Source: Octopus vulgaris
Taxonomy: Eukaryota
DNA: 64,000 nt
Direction: 5' to 3'
Assembly: GCA_951406725.2 (NCBI GenBank)
Contig: OX597816.1
Location: 125,488,001-125,552,000, forward strand
Part shown: positions 26,343 to 40,184 of the stretch, piece after piece
Layout of the letters: every line of letters starts with the position of its first letter
How positions within the stretch are numbered: position 1 is the first letter of the stretch
Made by a program: the position numbers and the translations under genes
Notes under the pieces: generated by a model
Told to the model about the DNA's origin: nothing
Databases searched by the model: none
What the model saw: only the letters and a program-made list of their open reading frames with translations

Positions 26343-27710
26343 ATGGAAAGGGCAGGACATACCCTCCGCCGTGAGAGTATCCATTACAACCGTTGGAAAA
26401 AGCATCAACTAAATAACGAAATCAAGGAGAGGCTATCTTCATTACTTAGAAAAATAACCAGAGATGATGATAGAAAGAGAATCCAACAAGATCTGGAAAA
26501 GTCGTACATGAAAGAATTTGAAATGGTGAAGGCACGCCAGATTAAGAAGTTTATGAAACTCAAAGGTCAGAGAATGGAGACTGAAATCCGTCACCCACCT
26601 GTGAAAGCAGCAATTAATGTAAGTAGCCGACACCTAGAAAGCTCTGAAAAAGCAGTACTGAACTTTGCCACAACCATGAAGCGTATTCCATACTTGGACA
26701 AAATAGCCCCTTTTGAAGAGATAGCCGTAAAGATACCAAAAGCTCGGGGAGATGAACTAAGGTGGAAAGTGAGACAGGTACTAGAAAAAGCGAAACTTCC
26801 CAAACCAAACATCACTAAAGAAGAAAATTTCGCTATCAAAAGACTACAGAGTGACAATTCCATCATAATACTTCCAGCAGACAAGGGAAATGCTACAGCG
26901 GTGATGAATAAGTCTGACTACTATGAAAAGTTGGCAAGTCTTATAAGTGATGATAGCCACAGCAAAGTAAAGAAGGACCCAACTCTGAAGACAGAGAGGA
27001 AGTTGTCACAGATCTTGATCAAGAACAAAAATCACTTTACACCAATGAAATACAGACAACTGACTCAAAACCACAGTAAACTACCACAGATGTACGGTCT
27101 CCCAAAGATTCACAAGGATGCTATTCCATTAAGACCTATAGTGAGCTGTAGAGGTTCAGCATGTCATCCATTGAGCAACTTCCTTGTGGATATAATCAGT
27201 CAATTAGGGGTAAAGTCAACATCGTACGTGAAGAATTCCACCCATTTCACAGAATTGATCAAGGGTACCTCCATTGAATCCAACCAGATGGTGAGTCTCG
27301 ATGTGATAAGTCTCTTCACCAAAGTCCCAACTTCTGAAGCACTATCGGTGATACAAGAAAAACTAGTGACAGACACCCATCTAACGGAACGCACTAGTAT
27401 ACCAATAAGAAAATTGATGGAAATGTTGACCTTCTGTGTAGAAACTACCTACTTCAGTATGGATACTGATATATATTTACAAGAAGAGGGTTTAGCTATG
27501 AGTTCGCCATTATCACCAGTAATATCCAATATATACATGGAATACTTTGAGAATTTGGCTTTAGGATCAATACCACTAAAACCAACACTATGGCTACTAT
27601 ATGTTGATGACACCTTAATACTCTGTCCCCACCAGGAAGATGTCCAAGTGCTGTTAGATCATGTGAACTCAATAAAGCCAACCATACAGTTCACAATGGA
27701 AAAGGAATAA
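26343..27710 (+). CDS. Penelope-like reverse transcriptase (455 aa). Premature stop; homology continues in frame to ~27918; GIY-YIG domain absent
   Basis: ILPADKGN, MYGLPKIHK..PLRPIVS, SLDVISLFTKVP, GLAMSSPLSP, YVDD, IQFTME; after the stop CLDVLI..VFRKPT..SHHP. Confidence 0.9.
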   Translation: MERAGHTLRRESIHYNRWKKHQLNNEIKERLSSLLRKITRDDDRKRIQQDLEKSYMKEFEMVKARQIKKFMKLKGQRMETEIRHPPVKAAINVSSRHLESSEKAVLNFATTMKRIPYLDKIAPFEEIAVKIPKARGDELRWKVRQVLEKAKLPKPNITKEENFAIKRLQSDNSIIILPADKGNATAVMNKSDYYEKLASLISDDSHSKVKKDPTLKTERKLSQILIKNKNHFTPMKYRQLTQNHSKLPQMYGLPKIHKDAIPLRPIVSCRGSACHPLSNFLVDIISQLGVKSTSYVKNSTHFTELIKGTSIESNQMVSLDVISLFTKVPTSEALSVIQEKLVTDTHLTERTSIPIRKLMEMLTFCVETTYFSMDTDIYLQEEGLAMSSPLSPVISNIYMEYFENLALGSIPLKPTLWLLYVDDTLILCPHQEDVQVLLDHVNSIKPTIQFTMEKE

Positions 27711-27919
27711 GACAGTCAGCTGATATGCCTGGACGTATTAATAACACGCACCAATTATGGATTCAGGATATCCGTATTCCGCAAGCCGACCTTCACTTCC
27801 GACTTCAATTCCCACCATCCATACAGTGTAAAGAGAGGGATTGCTCAGTGCCTAAAACATCATGCAAAGAATATTAGTAGCGATCGTGATACACACCACG
27901 AAGAAATGATCAAGCTCAA

Positions 27920-27990
27920 TGTGGTGGTGGTGGTGGTGGTGGCGGCGGCTCCGGCGATAGCGGCGGTAACGGCGGCGTTAGCCGTGGGTT
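27920..27990. repeat. (GGT)n/(GGC)n low-complexity tract at the PLE truncation point
   Basis: gtggtggtggtggtggtggtggcggcggc... Confidence 0.85.
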
Positions 27991-30564
27991 GACTGTGATA
28001 ATCATATCTGAGCTATTAGTGATGGCGGTAGTTTTATCGTCGTGTTATGGTAGTGCTATCGTCAAAGTGGCATTGGTGCAATGTTACTTCTAGTGATCAG
28101 CTCCATCAAACTTATTCACACCCATGTCGTTAAGTATGTCTCCTCATACCTTGGTGACAAACCTAAATTTATGTAACTTGCTTGCCAATCAGCATCTCAA
28201 AACATTCTTTTGCTAAAACTAAAATCATGCAACATTTGTAAAAGGACTCTTTAAAGAATGTGTCATTTTGATCTATAAAATGGAAATCATTCCGTCAATC
28301 CTTCTTTCAGGCAAATATAACAGAATATTTCTTCCGAATATTCATATTTGATCGACATTTTTAGTTTTGATGCTTATTTTAAGTCTTATCTAATGTAATC
28401 ACGTGATGTCATTTTTAGCAGAATTTGAATTCAGAAATCTGCTTTGCTTATCCAGAACACGCCATTATTTGAAATGCAATTAATCTGTCACACAACTACC
28501 GTGCTATGTTGCTCATACAATATGTAAGAATCCAAATATTCTTGCACATTTCAAATAAAGTCGACAGAGTAATAGAATAATGTTGATTAGAATATCAAAT
28601 AAGAAGCACTCTTTTCTCCGGAAACATTGTTAACTGTTAAATCTATATATCTGATGAATATAAGAAATACCAATCATAATACAACTGTCACATACATTAC
28701 AATTGTAAGAAATTTAAAACCTTCATATTATTTCTGCTAAAACTAATTCAGTTAGTACCAATAACACCACACTTACCACCATAATTATAGCATTGATATC
28801 CTTACTATCACCATAACCATTATCATTATGAATAAGACTTATATTACTATCACTAATGAACATACTTTTGTAACTACAGCAACTATGGCCTCAAACTGTA
28901 TAGTCTGCTGCGAATAATTCTATGTTTTCTTCGAAGTTAACCATTTACTTCGTATTCTATGAAGCCGAATCAACTACTTAAAGCCGTCCACCTGCTCATG
29001 ATAGTAGCTATAAATTCTATATAGATAACTTTATTTAGTATGTTTAGAAAGAAAATATATCATCATAAATTCTTGAATATCATATCAACCAAGACCCAAG
29101 CTACTAGTGGTTCAGTTAAATTTACATCCTAACTTTGAATAAATAACAAGCCATTATTAAAAGAGGAAGAGTGTGTAAAATAAAACTTAACTACCTTGTC
29201 GTGTTGGCTATTGCCGTAGTATAATTCTGACTGAGCAGAGCCAGTCAGAGCTATCTTTAGTTATCAAACAGCACGTAACTGCCAATAACGCGTTGTGAGT
29301 TAGTAACTAGTTTAAAGCATTAGTGTGCTATGCCTTGTGCTTTCTTTATCCCATTATATACAGCTAGTGTTTTTGAGAAGTGCGTCGATGTCTCACTACT
29401 TTTAAAATTTAGCATTCCGTCAAGGAAATCTGTTGTAATATCTTCAAAGACATGAAATCTTCACACTTTACAACCCGGTATCTGAAACACTTTTAAATTC
29501 TATCCGATAAAATGAATTTTGTGATCATCTTCAAACATTATGCATTTCTCCCAAATTCACTGGCGATATGGAGAATTAGACAGAGCCAGATCAGAATTGT
29601 TTACACACTCGGTTTCCATTTTTCGTAACGATTATCATTACTATGAATTCTTTTAATTTCAGCTCGTGTGTATAAGATATGTGAACATTTTTCTTAGAGC
29701 TGAAGCCAATAAGGCAATAAGGACCCTTTAATCAACACTGTCATTAATATTACAACATAGGTCCTACACATATGTGTGCTAGATAGGCTGTTGTATATTA
29801 ATTCCCTTAGAGAATGTGATGTGCTGATTACTTGGTGACATTTTCAGCTGCAATCTGCAGCTTATAGTTAAAATCTTACGGGTAATATAAACGATTAAGT
29901 TGATAAAGGAAATTTCTTGTTTGACAGCTATCGAATTCATATTATTTAAGGTTTACAACAATTCACACTTCATTCAAATCCCATGAAATCAAGTTATCTT
30001 TAATCTTACAATAGTTGGCAATATAATTTCTTGATACTGATTCTGGGATTACTTTCAATATCTTTTCTCACTAGAATATAGTACAGGTTCTGTCTCTGTA
30101 AATATCTGAGGGAACGCTTAACAATTCGTATGCATCGATTGATAAACAAAATCTACATCTTAAACATGGTCGCTTGTAATTGTCGAAGTACTTCGAAATT
30201 TGTTGCTTACTTTTCAATTTATAGAATTAAAAACAGTACAATATTGAAAGTGTTCATCATTATAGAAAAAAGTTACTTTGTTAGACACAAATTTATGCTG
30301 CAGTAGCTATATTATAGAAGAAATTGAAAGGAAATTTCATGCGGATTTACATTCAGATTCAAAGGAATAGAATAGATATCAAACCGTATGTTCGTGTATT
30401 TTTGTCATTACACAGGTAATAATTCAACAAGTAGAAATTCACAAATACCAGGCATTCATTCATACATATATTATACATACGTACATACGTATGTATATGT
30501 AATGCCTTATGTGTATGAATGCGTGCGCATTTAATTTTATATACATACATACACACACACATAA

Positions 30565-30615
<51 letters not shown>

Positions 30616-32379
30616 CACGGACATACAGGGCAACGTGTATTTATTCATGTCTCTCTCATATTTGATCTATACCTATGTGTGTAGGGGTGTACGTGTCTGT
30701 GAGTGTGTGAGTATGCGTGTCTGTGTGTGCGCTCTACATAACGCCACGAAATAATAAATATATGTTTTATTCTTTGCCATCGTATACGCCGTTAGCTGAG
30801 CGTCTAAAGTAAAGACTTCATCGCTGTATTGATTATTGCCTATAATATGCCTAATTTCTCATTCAATGCTTATACACTGTTTTATCTCTTGTTTCGTTTT
30901 TATACTAAAAATGTGTCTTGGCTTTTTTTAAACTTTATGGAACACGCTGACTGTATGTATATGACTCAGTAAATGCTATATATGCATGAGTCTCTTTGTA
31001 TATATTCTTATGTGTATACAAACACAAATATTTGTTCGCTTATAAAAGTAATAGGTTATAAACAAATATGTCCACAGATTTATTTGCATTGTTACTTCTT
31101 TGTCTGTTCACTAGTTTCACTGCTTTTGGCATTTCCTAACTTTAAAAACAGTTAAGACATGCTTTTTCATTAGTAGATAGGCCTTATTAGTAAACATTTG
31201 TGTGGCACTACCCAGTCGAGGTATATAGTTCTGTATATGACTTTATATTTCAATGCACCTACTTGCATATATGAATGTATGCCTGAAATGTCTATATATG
31301 TGTGTGTGTGAATGTATTTATGTAGGAACATCTACACATTTTCATATAAAAAGACAATTTTATACGTTTACACAAACCTACATATATAAATAATTATACA
31401 GTTATATATCTATATATCCATTTGCAAGTGAATTTATACATATATATAAATATATATATACACATATACATATATGCATGTATGTTTGTGTGTGTAGGTG
31501 TGTGTATTTATGTATATATATTCAATATTCAGTAAGCAGTTCATAGGTTTATAGCTGATGCATACAGGCAATGAAACCAAATACAATAAAATGTGAACAA
31601 ATGCCAGCAAAAATATTATTTCGAAAATAGTTTTGAAAAGAAGAAAATAAAAAAATAAAAAAACATACAGAGACACAGATAAAAAAAAACTAAAAGTAAT
31701 ATTTCTACAAATATGTAGATGTCGACTGTTTCTAAAGACTGAAATAACCGTGTTTAATGTTCTGTCTTTTACTTTTTTTTACGATTCTAGAACATAAACC
31801 TTTCTAAATTAAAAATGGGAATTGGTTAAATTTTAAATGAAAATACTCAGTATTCGAGGAAAATATATAAAGACACTCACACAAAAGCTCGTGTGTTAAC
31901 ATTCATGGTAAAATATATATAATGTCTCTTACATGCATACATACATACATACATACATACATACATACATACATACATACATACATACATACATACATAC
32001 ATACATGCATACATACATACATATAAGTGTTACTTATGCATATGTATAAATATGTATATGTATCTATGTCTGTGTGTATGCGCAAATACCCACACCAAAA
32101 GACACACAAACACGCATATTCAAATATATTTAAATGTTTCTGCGATATAAATTTTCAAAGAAAATGTACATTAAAAACATACTACATGTATTGGATGTAC
32201 GAATCTTACCGACGACACATGTAAGTACAAAAAGAATGGCTTATTTGGTTCGATGAAGAGAAATGGTAATAACTTATTTCCTGGTAAAAAAACACAAAGG
32301 CAATAATATTAACTACGTCTTCAAAATTATGCATATACATACATATGCATACACATATATATACATATATATATGTATG

Positions 32380-32416
<37 letters not shown>

Positions 32417-32787
32417 AGAGAGAAATGTATGTGTGTGTACGTGTGTGTGGATGTGTGTAGTGCATGTATATATACATATATATATATACATATGATTGAA
32501 AAAAATATTTATTTATTTTGATCAAATGCATGCGCTGTACAATAGCTCACAACACTCCAACAAATCAATATTTCTTGCACGGGTGGACGTTGTACCACAC
32601 ATCAAGTGTCTAAGTGATCGTAAAGCAAACTGCGTTGAAGTGGTTTGCTCAAGAACAAAAAGTTCCACCCGGTCTAAGAATTAAAATAGAGAAATTGCAA
32701 TTGGAGGACCACACACTATCCACTGCGCATGTACATATATATAAAATAATAATATATTATAATATATATATATATTTATACATACAC

Positions 32788-33108
32788 ATATGGGCACACT
32801 ACGTCACCTAAGGTTCAAATAACATGAAATGCGTAAACAACGAGAAAACATGAAACAGGAGAAGTGAACACAGAGAGAGCACCGTTCATCAGTTGTCAGC
32901 TATCTACTCCTCATTTCGAGCATTCAGTGACAATATGAGTCTTCTAAGACAGTTGGTCCCATAAATTCTAAAATTTAGGATTTATGGAGGGGGAAAGTTG
33001 GGGACAAAAACTGGCAGTGGAGACATACAAAGAAACCGAACGAAAACAAATATGGAGGGTCGTTAGACGAAAGCGAGAGGAAAAATAAATATATATAGGG
33101 CAAGGAAG

Positions 33109-33112
<4 letters not shown>
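32788..33112 (-). repeat. Microsatellite-embedded short element with ACTGATGAA motif and hairpins
   Basis: Minus strand ...gctcGAAAtgaggagtagatagctgacaACTGATGAAc; its left end is repeated at 33235-33285. Confidence 0.5.
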
Positions 33113-33159
<47 letters not shown>

Positions 33160-33177
33160 CACACACACATACACACT

Positions 33178-33228
<51 letters not shown>

Positions 33229-34349
33229 GCATATATGGGTACAGGACGTCGCCAGCGGTTCAAATAGCATGAAATACGTAAACAAACGTGTGTTTACGTA
33301 TTTCATGTTGGTGACATCCTGTACCCATTTACACATGGGTATATATATATATACATATATATATACATATATATATATACATATATATATACATGATATG
33401 ATATATTATTTATTATTTATTATTTAATTCAACGCGACGCGTCCATTTCTTTATCGCAACGCTTTCTGTGAGAATCATATTTGACAGGGAGTTTTGGAGT
33501 ACTAATTGTCCAAAACAGAACTTCGTGAACTTGATTCTCGATGATAAATATCTTTGGACTTAGGTGCTTGGTGTAGCATGCAAGAGAACAATAGCACCAC
33601 TTAAGTTGAAAAATAGTTGCTTCTGCACTGTGGCCTGGATTCTATTTAGGTTTGATTCCTGCATATGATCACATGATACACTGCAGTAGCCACACCCTGC
33701 TCCTGCTTTCGTCTGACCAGCTAAACTAGGTGACTTAAGGACTATGCCTGACGCTTGTAATATCTATCTTTAGAGCCTGAAATGACAAAAAATACAAAAG
33801 GACTAAGCAGTCCTGGATACGGAGGTGTGGTAATGGGATATATGTGACATGACATAAAACAGAGCATGTCAAGATTTGGTGTTTGATTTTAGCTCCAGTT
33901 TAAAAAATCTTCTTATCATAATCAGAATTATTATGTCATCGGAAGTTTTATGCTCCATATATTTTTCTGCACAATGATACTTACACTCTTGTTTCCCAGT
34001 CGACAATTGTAGTTGTGAAGTGACGAAATATTTTCTGTACAGTGCAATAACTTGACGGTTATAATGTCGTTGCAATATAGGGATAACTGGGAGTAAAGTA
34101 TAAAAAGGGGCCTTTACATACCGGATACTAGTGGGGAAAGAGTTAATCCAAGCCATTCTTTGCCTATTGTTTATATGAATATATGTTCACAATTTCTACA
34201 TGAGTAGTATCATTTTGTATTCAGTGTATATTCATACTTAATTTTGAAGTAATACAATATCGTTTGGTTCAATCTGGAGAAGGCGTGCTACAGGAATCAT
34301 TTTGATTGTATACATCCAGTGCAACCGCGTTGACGCAATTTTATGTTTG

Positions 34350-34900
34350 AGAGTGACCCCCTGTAGGTCCGATGCTGTAATGTCGTTTTATAGCTCATAG
34401 TAATGCGGCAAATTGTTGTATTAATTACTTTGAGGCTTATACATTTAGAAGAATTCAAATTATATGTAATAACCATTATTTCAAAGTTTCAGATTGTTGT
34501 AATTTTCTATATTGTAGAATAATTGTGCAATATTTGAAAGCTTAGCTAAATAGTTATCAGTGTTAAGTGTCGGAGACAGAGCATGCGCATAATGGTTTGG
34601 TAGGAGGGGAAAGATTACTAGTTCTAACTATTTCCGTAAACTGTTTTGTAGTTATATGAATTTTTGCTTTTTAATTATGCTTGAGTATGACGCCCTGTAG
34701 GTCTGATACTGTAATGACGTTTTATCGTTCATAGTAACGCGGTAAATTATTCTATTAATTATTGTGAGGTTTATACATTTCCAAGAATTTAAATTATATG
34801 TAATAATTATTATTTCATAGTTGCTGCATTGTTGTAATTTTCTATACTGTTGAGTAATTGTGCAATATTTACAAGTTTAGCTAGATAGTTATCAATGGTA
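34350..34900. repeat. Diverged direct repeat, ~220 bp (34350-34570 and 34684-34900)
   Basis: ccctgtaggtc.gat.ctgtaatg...aattatatgtaataa...taattgtgcaatattt...tagttatca occurs in both copies. Confidence 0.85.
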
Positions 34901-35956
34901 ATGGATGGGTGGAAGAAAGAACACATTTTTATAGTTATATTGGTGTTTCCAGAGTGTTGGAGTTTTTTTGTGTGTTACACAGTGATGACAAATTTAGATG
35001 GGTGTTGTGTTTACAGTTTAGGGTGTGGGTTTGTAAGGTTTTAAGTATTTGTAAACTAAATTCTTTTGCGATTTGGGATGTGTGTATGGTAGGATCCTTG
35101 GTTTAGGCAGTAAAGTTGTTGGACTTCTAGTGAGACGAGTGGAGTTGCAACATCTAAGTTTATTTTGCAGTTTGATGGGGCAATAATTAGAATGCTGTAA
35201 CTTGAGACACTTTTTGCACAATGATTGGATTTTTTTGCTTTTGTGCTCATTCTACTTGGAGGAAAAGCCAATAATTGTAGCCCCTGTGTTAGGTGGAGTG
35301 CACATATTCTGCTTCGTCCATTATGTTTATTAGTTTTAGTAACAATGTCCAGGCTTGTGAGTCGATTAGTCACACCCACTACAGATTTGGATTGTGACGT
35401 CGCATTACATTTGTTCCATTCTTTGAATGAAGCTACGTCATGTGAATCTCTGCTTAAAGGTTGAGTTCCAACACAGGTTTTTATTTTATATCAGGATTGT
35501 CGACTCACCTTACCGATTCCTTCCTAGGGTATTAATTGTTCAAAGGATAGTGATAAGTGGAAATACAGCTGCAAGGAATTGACGGGTGCTAGGTATGTTG
35601 CAGGTGAAAATTTTAAAAATATATTAGAGGGGCAGCTATAAACTTCTTTCACAGTATTTCTGGTGAACTATATGATATCTATGTATTTCTGTGAAGTGAG
35701 ATCCGAGGGAGATAAGAATAAGAATATGCCTATCTATGTATGAAGCTAAGTTGGTACAATATAGAATCACAGGATCATCCTACTCATAGTCTCTTAAATC
35801 TGCTGAGGTGCTTTCCTTGTTGATAAAATTATCGATGACATTGGATCTCCACTGAGTTTTGCTGCGATATGGGACGGCTTAACTGAAGGTACTTTCATCT
35901 GAGGATAACCTAGTAATGGGTCTACTTATATTTTTCATGATCTTCATATACATACC

Positions 35957-36047
<91 letters not shown>

Positions 36048-36076
36048 ATATTTACGTCAGAATACATCTACAATTA

Positions 36077-36282
36077 AAGGCAGGAATTAGCGGTAAGAAC
36101 GTTAGCACGCAGGACAAAATTCTTAGCGTCATTTCATCCGTCTTTACATTCTGAGTTCCAAATCTGTGGAGATCAACTTTGCCTGTGATCCTTTCAGTAC
36201 CAGTTTGAGCAGTGGTTCAATCTAATCGACTGGCCCTATCCCCTAAGATAACTTTCAGATCCTGTGCCTATAGTAGAAAGGT
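36077..36282 (+). mobile_element. SINE family A copy
   Basis: cgttagcacgc...ttctgagttcc...aactttgcc core as in other family A copies. Confidence 0.7.
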
Positions 36283-37425
36283 TATCACATGTATATCTTA
36301 TTACCCCATGACAGCTATATTAGTTTTGTCTGTTTCTGAAATCTTACCGGAACCTTATTTTTTTCTAGTCTCTCTTACATCTGTTTACTTTATATTCTTC
36401 TTAGTATGGACGGTCATTCTGAACTAAATAGTTTGCTTCTACTATAAATAACATTATTTTAATCTACTTCCTTTGTGTTAACTGATATCAGTCTGAGTTT
36501 AAATGTAACTGGAACCCAGGAAATATAATTTATTATTTTTTCCACTATCTTTAGCCCCTTTTTTCTTATATTCCCTCACGGTGTATGATATTTTAGGCAT
36601 TTAGTTTTGATACTAGATATTTCAGTTCGCTTCATTCACCCATAAGGAAAACAAAAGCATAAAAAAGCCGTATAAGAATGTTAGTCTTTGGATCGGAATT
36701 TGTACTAAAATTGATTTAATACAAATCACTTAGATGCACAGAACTATCACATCTATGGAATCTAAGGTATTTATGCAACAGAAACATGTGTCGGAATTTT
36801 TTATACTGAAAACGTTTTTACCAATATATAATTCTCAACTCTTCATTGTGTCCTTCTACTACACTCTGGGATTTTATATAGAAGCCTCCGAAGCGTACTC
36901 AAGATTTACCAATCAAAACGAGTACATTTTAATTGCTTATTCTAAATGATTAACGAAGATCCCAGTACGCGACGGAAAAAAAACTACACGTACGACGACA
37001 GAAACTGTAAAGAAAACCCTTAATACTCTCTTTTCTTTTCTTTTTTCTCTCTTGTCCACGTATTCTATAAAAACTCAATTTGACGTAACTTTTAGTAACG
37101 TACATTTGTTACATTCTTCGCCGAATATTTACTTTGATATTGTCTCTCCCTATGAAACTCATTGAATTTTATGTGATCATTTGACTGTTTTATCATATTT
37201 GTTCGATTTCTACCTCGTTATTTTAAACTCTGTTGAAATGTCCTTGTTTTAAATACATTTGTACCATTGATCGTCAAAAACATTTTTGAAACTAGTCTGG
37301 TATGTATTTGAATAAATCTGTTTAAAAGCAACTATATGTTCTTCAAATTTTCAAATTCAGAGGCATTTTCAAACACCCAAATCAAATTTTCCTATACATA
37401 TATATATATATATACACACATTTAT

Positions 37426-37427
<2 letters not shown>

Positions 37428-37502
<75 letters not shown>

Positions 37503-37585
37503 ACATACATACATACATACATACATACATACATACATACATACATACATACATACATACGTACGTACGTACGTACATACATACA
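37428..37585. repeat. (GATA)n followed by (CATA)n microsatellites
   Basis: Direct inspection. Confidence 0.95.
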
Positions 37586-38499
37586 TATATATACATACAT
37601 ACAGGTATGTATATAATATGTAATATATAAAGTACACAGATACAAACACACATGCATACATGCACACGTCATAAATGAACGCCATCTGAATCAGTGAAAA
37701 TGCACTGATGGTACACAGGGAATAATTATTTTATATTGAAGAGTTCATAACTATTCGAGACTTAATTCAAAACTTATGTGAAAATTTGCTTCGCATGTCC
37801 ATGTAGATTTTAACATTGTACATTATACTTTCATAGCTGCCAACTTATCAAATACAATCATTTTCTTTTAAATAAATTTTAGATTTTTAATAATTCCTCA
37901 AGTGTATTATCGATGCATTAGTGACATCACTGTTGTTTATGAAGTACTTTTATTTGGGAGTGTACAGTTTATTGGTACATCTGTTGCCATCAAATATTAC
38001 TTTAAATACACAATATTGCTGTCCATATGGAAAAAGAGAGTGTATTTGATATAATGGAAATAATAATGCATTCTGGTTTCACATCAAAAACTGGTAATGA
38101 TTGTTATCTTTATAAGCGTCCAATTTCTCAAATATTGATGCTGTCATTTAAACGGGATCTTAGCATTATGTACTAATAATATGATATTTATTACTTATAT
38201 GTATTGTCCACCGCTTACTACCATCCTACATCCAGTCATGATACGTTTTGTCTTTTGTTCAAGAGGGATCAATTAATTAATGTCATTCATATTGCATGTT
38301 GAATTTAGTCGACTCTAGTCTCACCTCTGTTATGTTTCATATTGTGTCTCGTCACAAAAAATTAATATTCACTAATTAAAAAAATCACTGTCAATCTCAG
38401 AGAGTATCGATAATGTTTATATATTTGTCACGCAATTCATAATTGTATAAATTGACATTGAAATTCTCGTCATTTGGGAACAATTATATAAACAAACAT

Positions 38500-38500
38500 A

Positions 38501-38595
<95 letters not shown>

Positions 38596-38640
38596 TAATA
38601 ATAATAATAATAATGATGATGATGATGATGATGATGATGA
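38500..38640. repeat. (AAT)n/(GAT)n microsatellite
   Basis: Direct inspection. Confidence 0.95.
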
Positions 38641-39439
38641 CTTTTTAAATTAAAAAAAGATTTCAGAACTAATTTTTAAATCAATTTATCAGTATAATTG
38701 ATTGATTTTGAGAAGTTACCTAAAATAATTAATGCGCTGATGTTGAATGAATTGATCATCAAACAACACATTGTCGTTTTTAAACAATCTGTTTTATATT
38801 CGTCTAGCCTCATCGATCATGAAGGAAATTAATGTGTGTTTTCTGAAAGCATAATGACTCGTATATTGTATATTCAAGTACAATAGAATAATCAAATTCT
38901 TGTTACTATGAAAACCAATAGTTTAAATACAGAGATCATATAGCCATTTCATTACAATTCGCAAAACAGGAATAAAGAGAGCATGGTATATGGGAATGCA
39001 TTAAATATGTATAATAATTAGTAGCAATATAAAATGTTTAACCTTAGGATTTTTATTTCATTGAAGAAGTAAAAGTCTATTTAGTTGTATTGAAAATAAT
39101 ACACACATGAACAGATACCGCCCCACCTCCAACAACAAATTTTATTCAATAATAATAAACATGTTCGTGCTATAAGAGATAAGATACGAAACTATATGTT
39201 CAATAATAATTTTTTCTTCATCATTAAGACTATGTCTGCGGATTCACATTGTATTTCATGAACATCTACGGCAGTAAATTTTCCTACATTTTCCTTCGGA
39301 CGTTCTCTTTTCAGATTCCGCAACTAATCTTGGAAAAGGAAAACTTTATGGTCAATGAGAAGCGTTGGACATTTCAATAAATCAAACCACTGAAATAAGA
39401 TGTAAACGGCAATATGCAATTAATATTTAAACAGCAATA

Positions 39440-39803
39440 AGGCATCAAGCTGACAGAATCGTTAGAACGCTGGGCAAGATGTTTAGCAGCATTTTGTCCA
39501 TCTTCACGTTCTGGCTTCAAATTCCGACGAGGTCGACTTTGTTTCTCATTGTACCAAAATTTGAAAAACAATATTTAAAGAGCAATAAGGTGGCAAGCTG
39601 CCAGAATCGTTAGCAAAATGCTTAGCGACATTTTGTCTGTCTTCAGGTTCTGGGATCAAGTTCCGCCGAGGACGACTTTGCCTTTCGTCCTTTCGGAGTC
39701 GATAAAATAAGTACCGGTTGAGGACTGGGTACGATGTAATCGACTTCCACCTCATTCGAACAAGCTGGCTTTGTGTCATAATTTGAAGTCAAAATTTGAA
39801 ACC
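39440..39803 (+). mobile_element. Two tandem SINE family A copies (first internally deleted)
   Basis: Both start ggc/ggt..aagctg.cagaatcgttag and end ccaaaatttgaaa. Confidence 0.85.
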
Positions 39804-40184
39804 AAAATTTAAATAGCAATAGCTTAATATCAAATTCAAACCGTTTCGGCTTTAGTGGACGAATATTACACTACATGAGAAAAATTAGTGTTCTTTTGAA
39901 GCAAAACAATTATCACATCTGCTAAGTAATTAGAAAAAAGAAGTTCCAGAAAGGATTGTTATAACGGGAAAGAAATTTATAAGCTAGCAGATACATTTAT
40001 AAGCTGGTAGATAAAAATGTGTTCAAGAGAATTGTTTTCTATTCTCCAAACATATCACTGATATTCCTCTTATCTACCAAGGAAGAATGGGATAGAACCG
40101 TGACTAAGCTAAAATACACATTTAGAATCTAAAAGAATGAAATTAACTACGTTAATAATAAATTCGTTTACCTTTTCTACCAAA

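Larger units (their letters stand above)
25990..27918 (+). mobile_element. Penelope-like element: inverted 3' terminal segment (25990-26340) joined to a 5'- and 3'-truncated RT region
   Basis: RT ORF with PLE motifs; the upstream minus-strand segment encodes ..SSIWKLVL..* (typical PLE ORF end) and carries a hammerhead. Confidence 0.85.

Noticed and set aside
35898-35930. CTGAGGA followed by a short stem
   Set aside because: No GAAA or stem III follows
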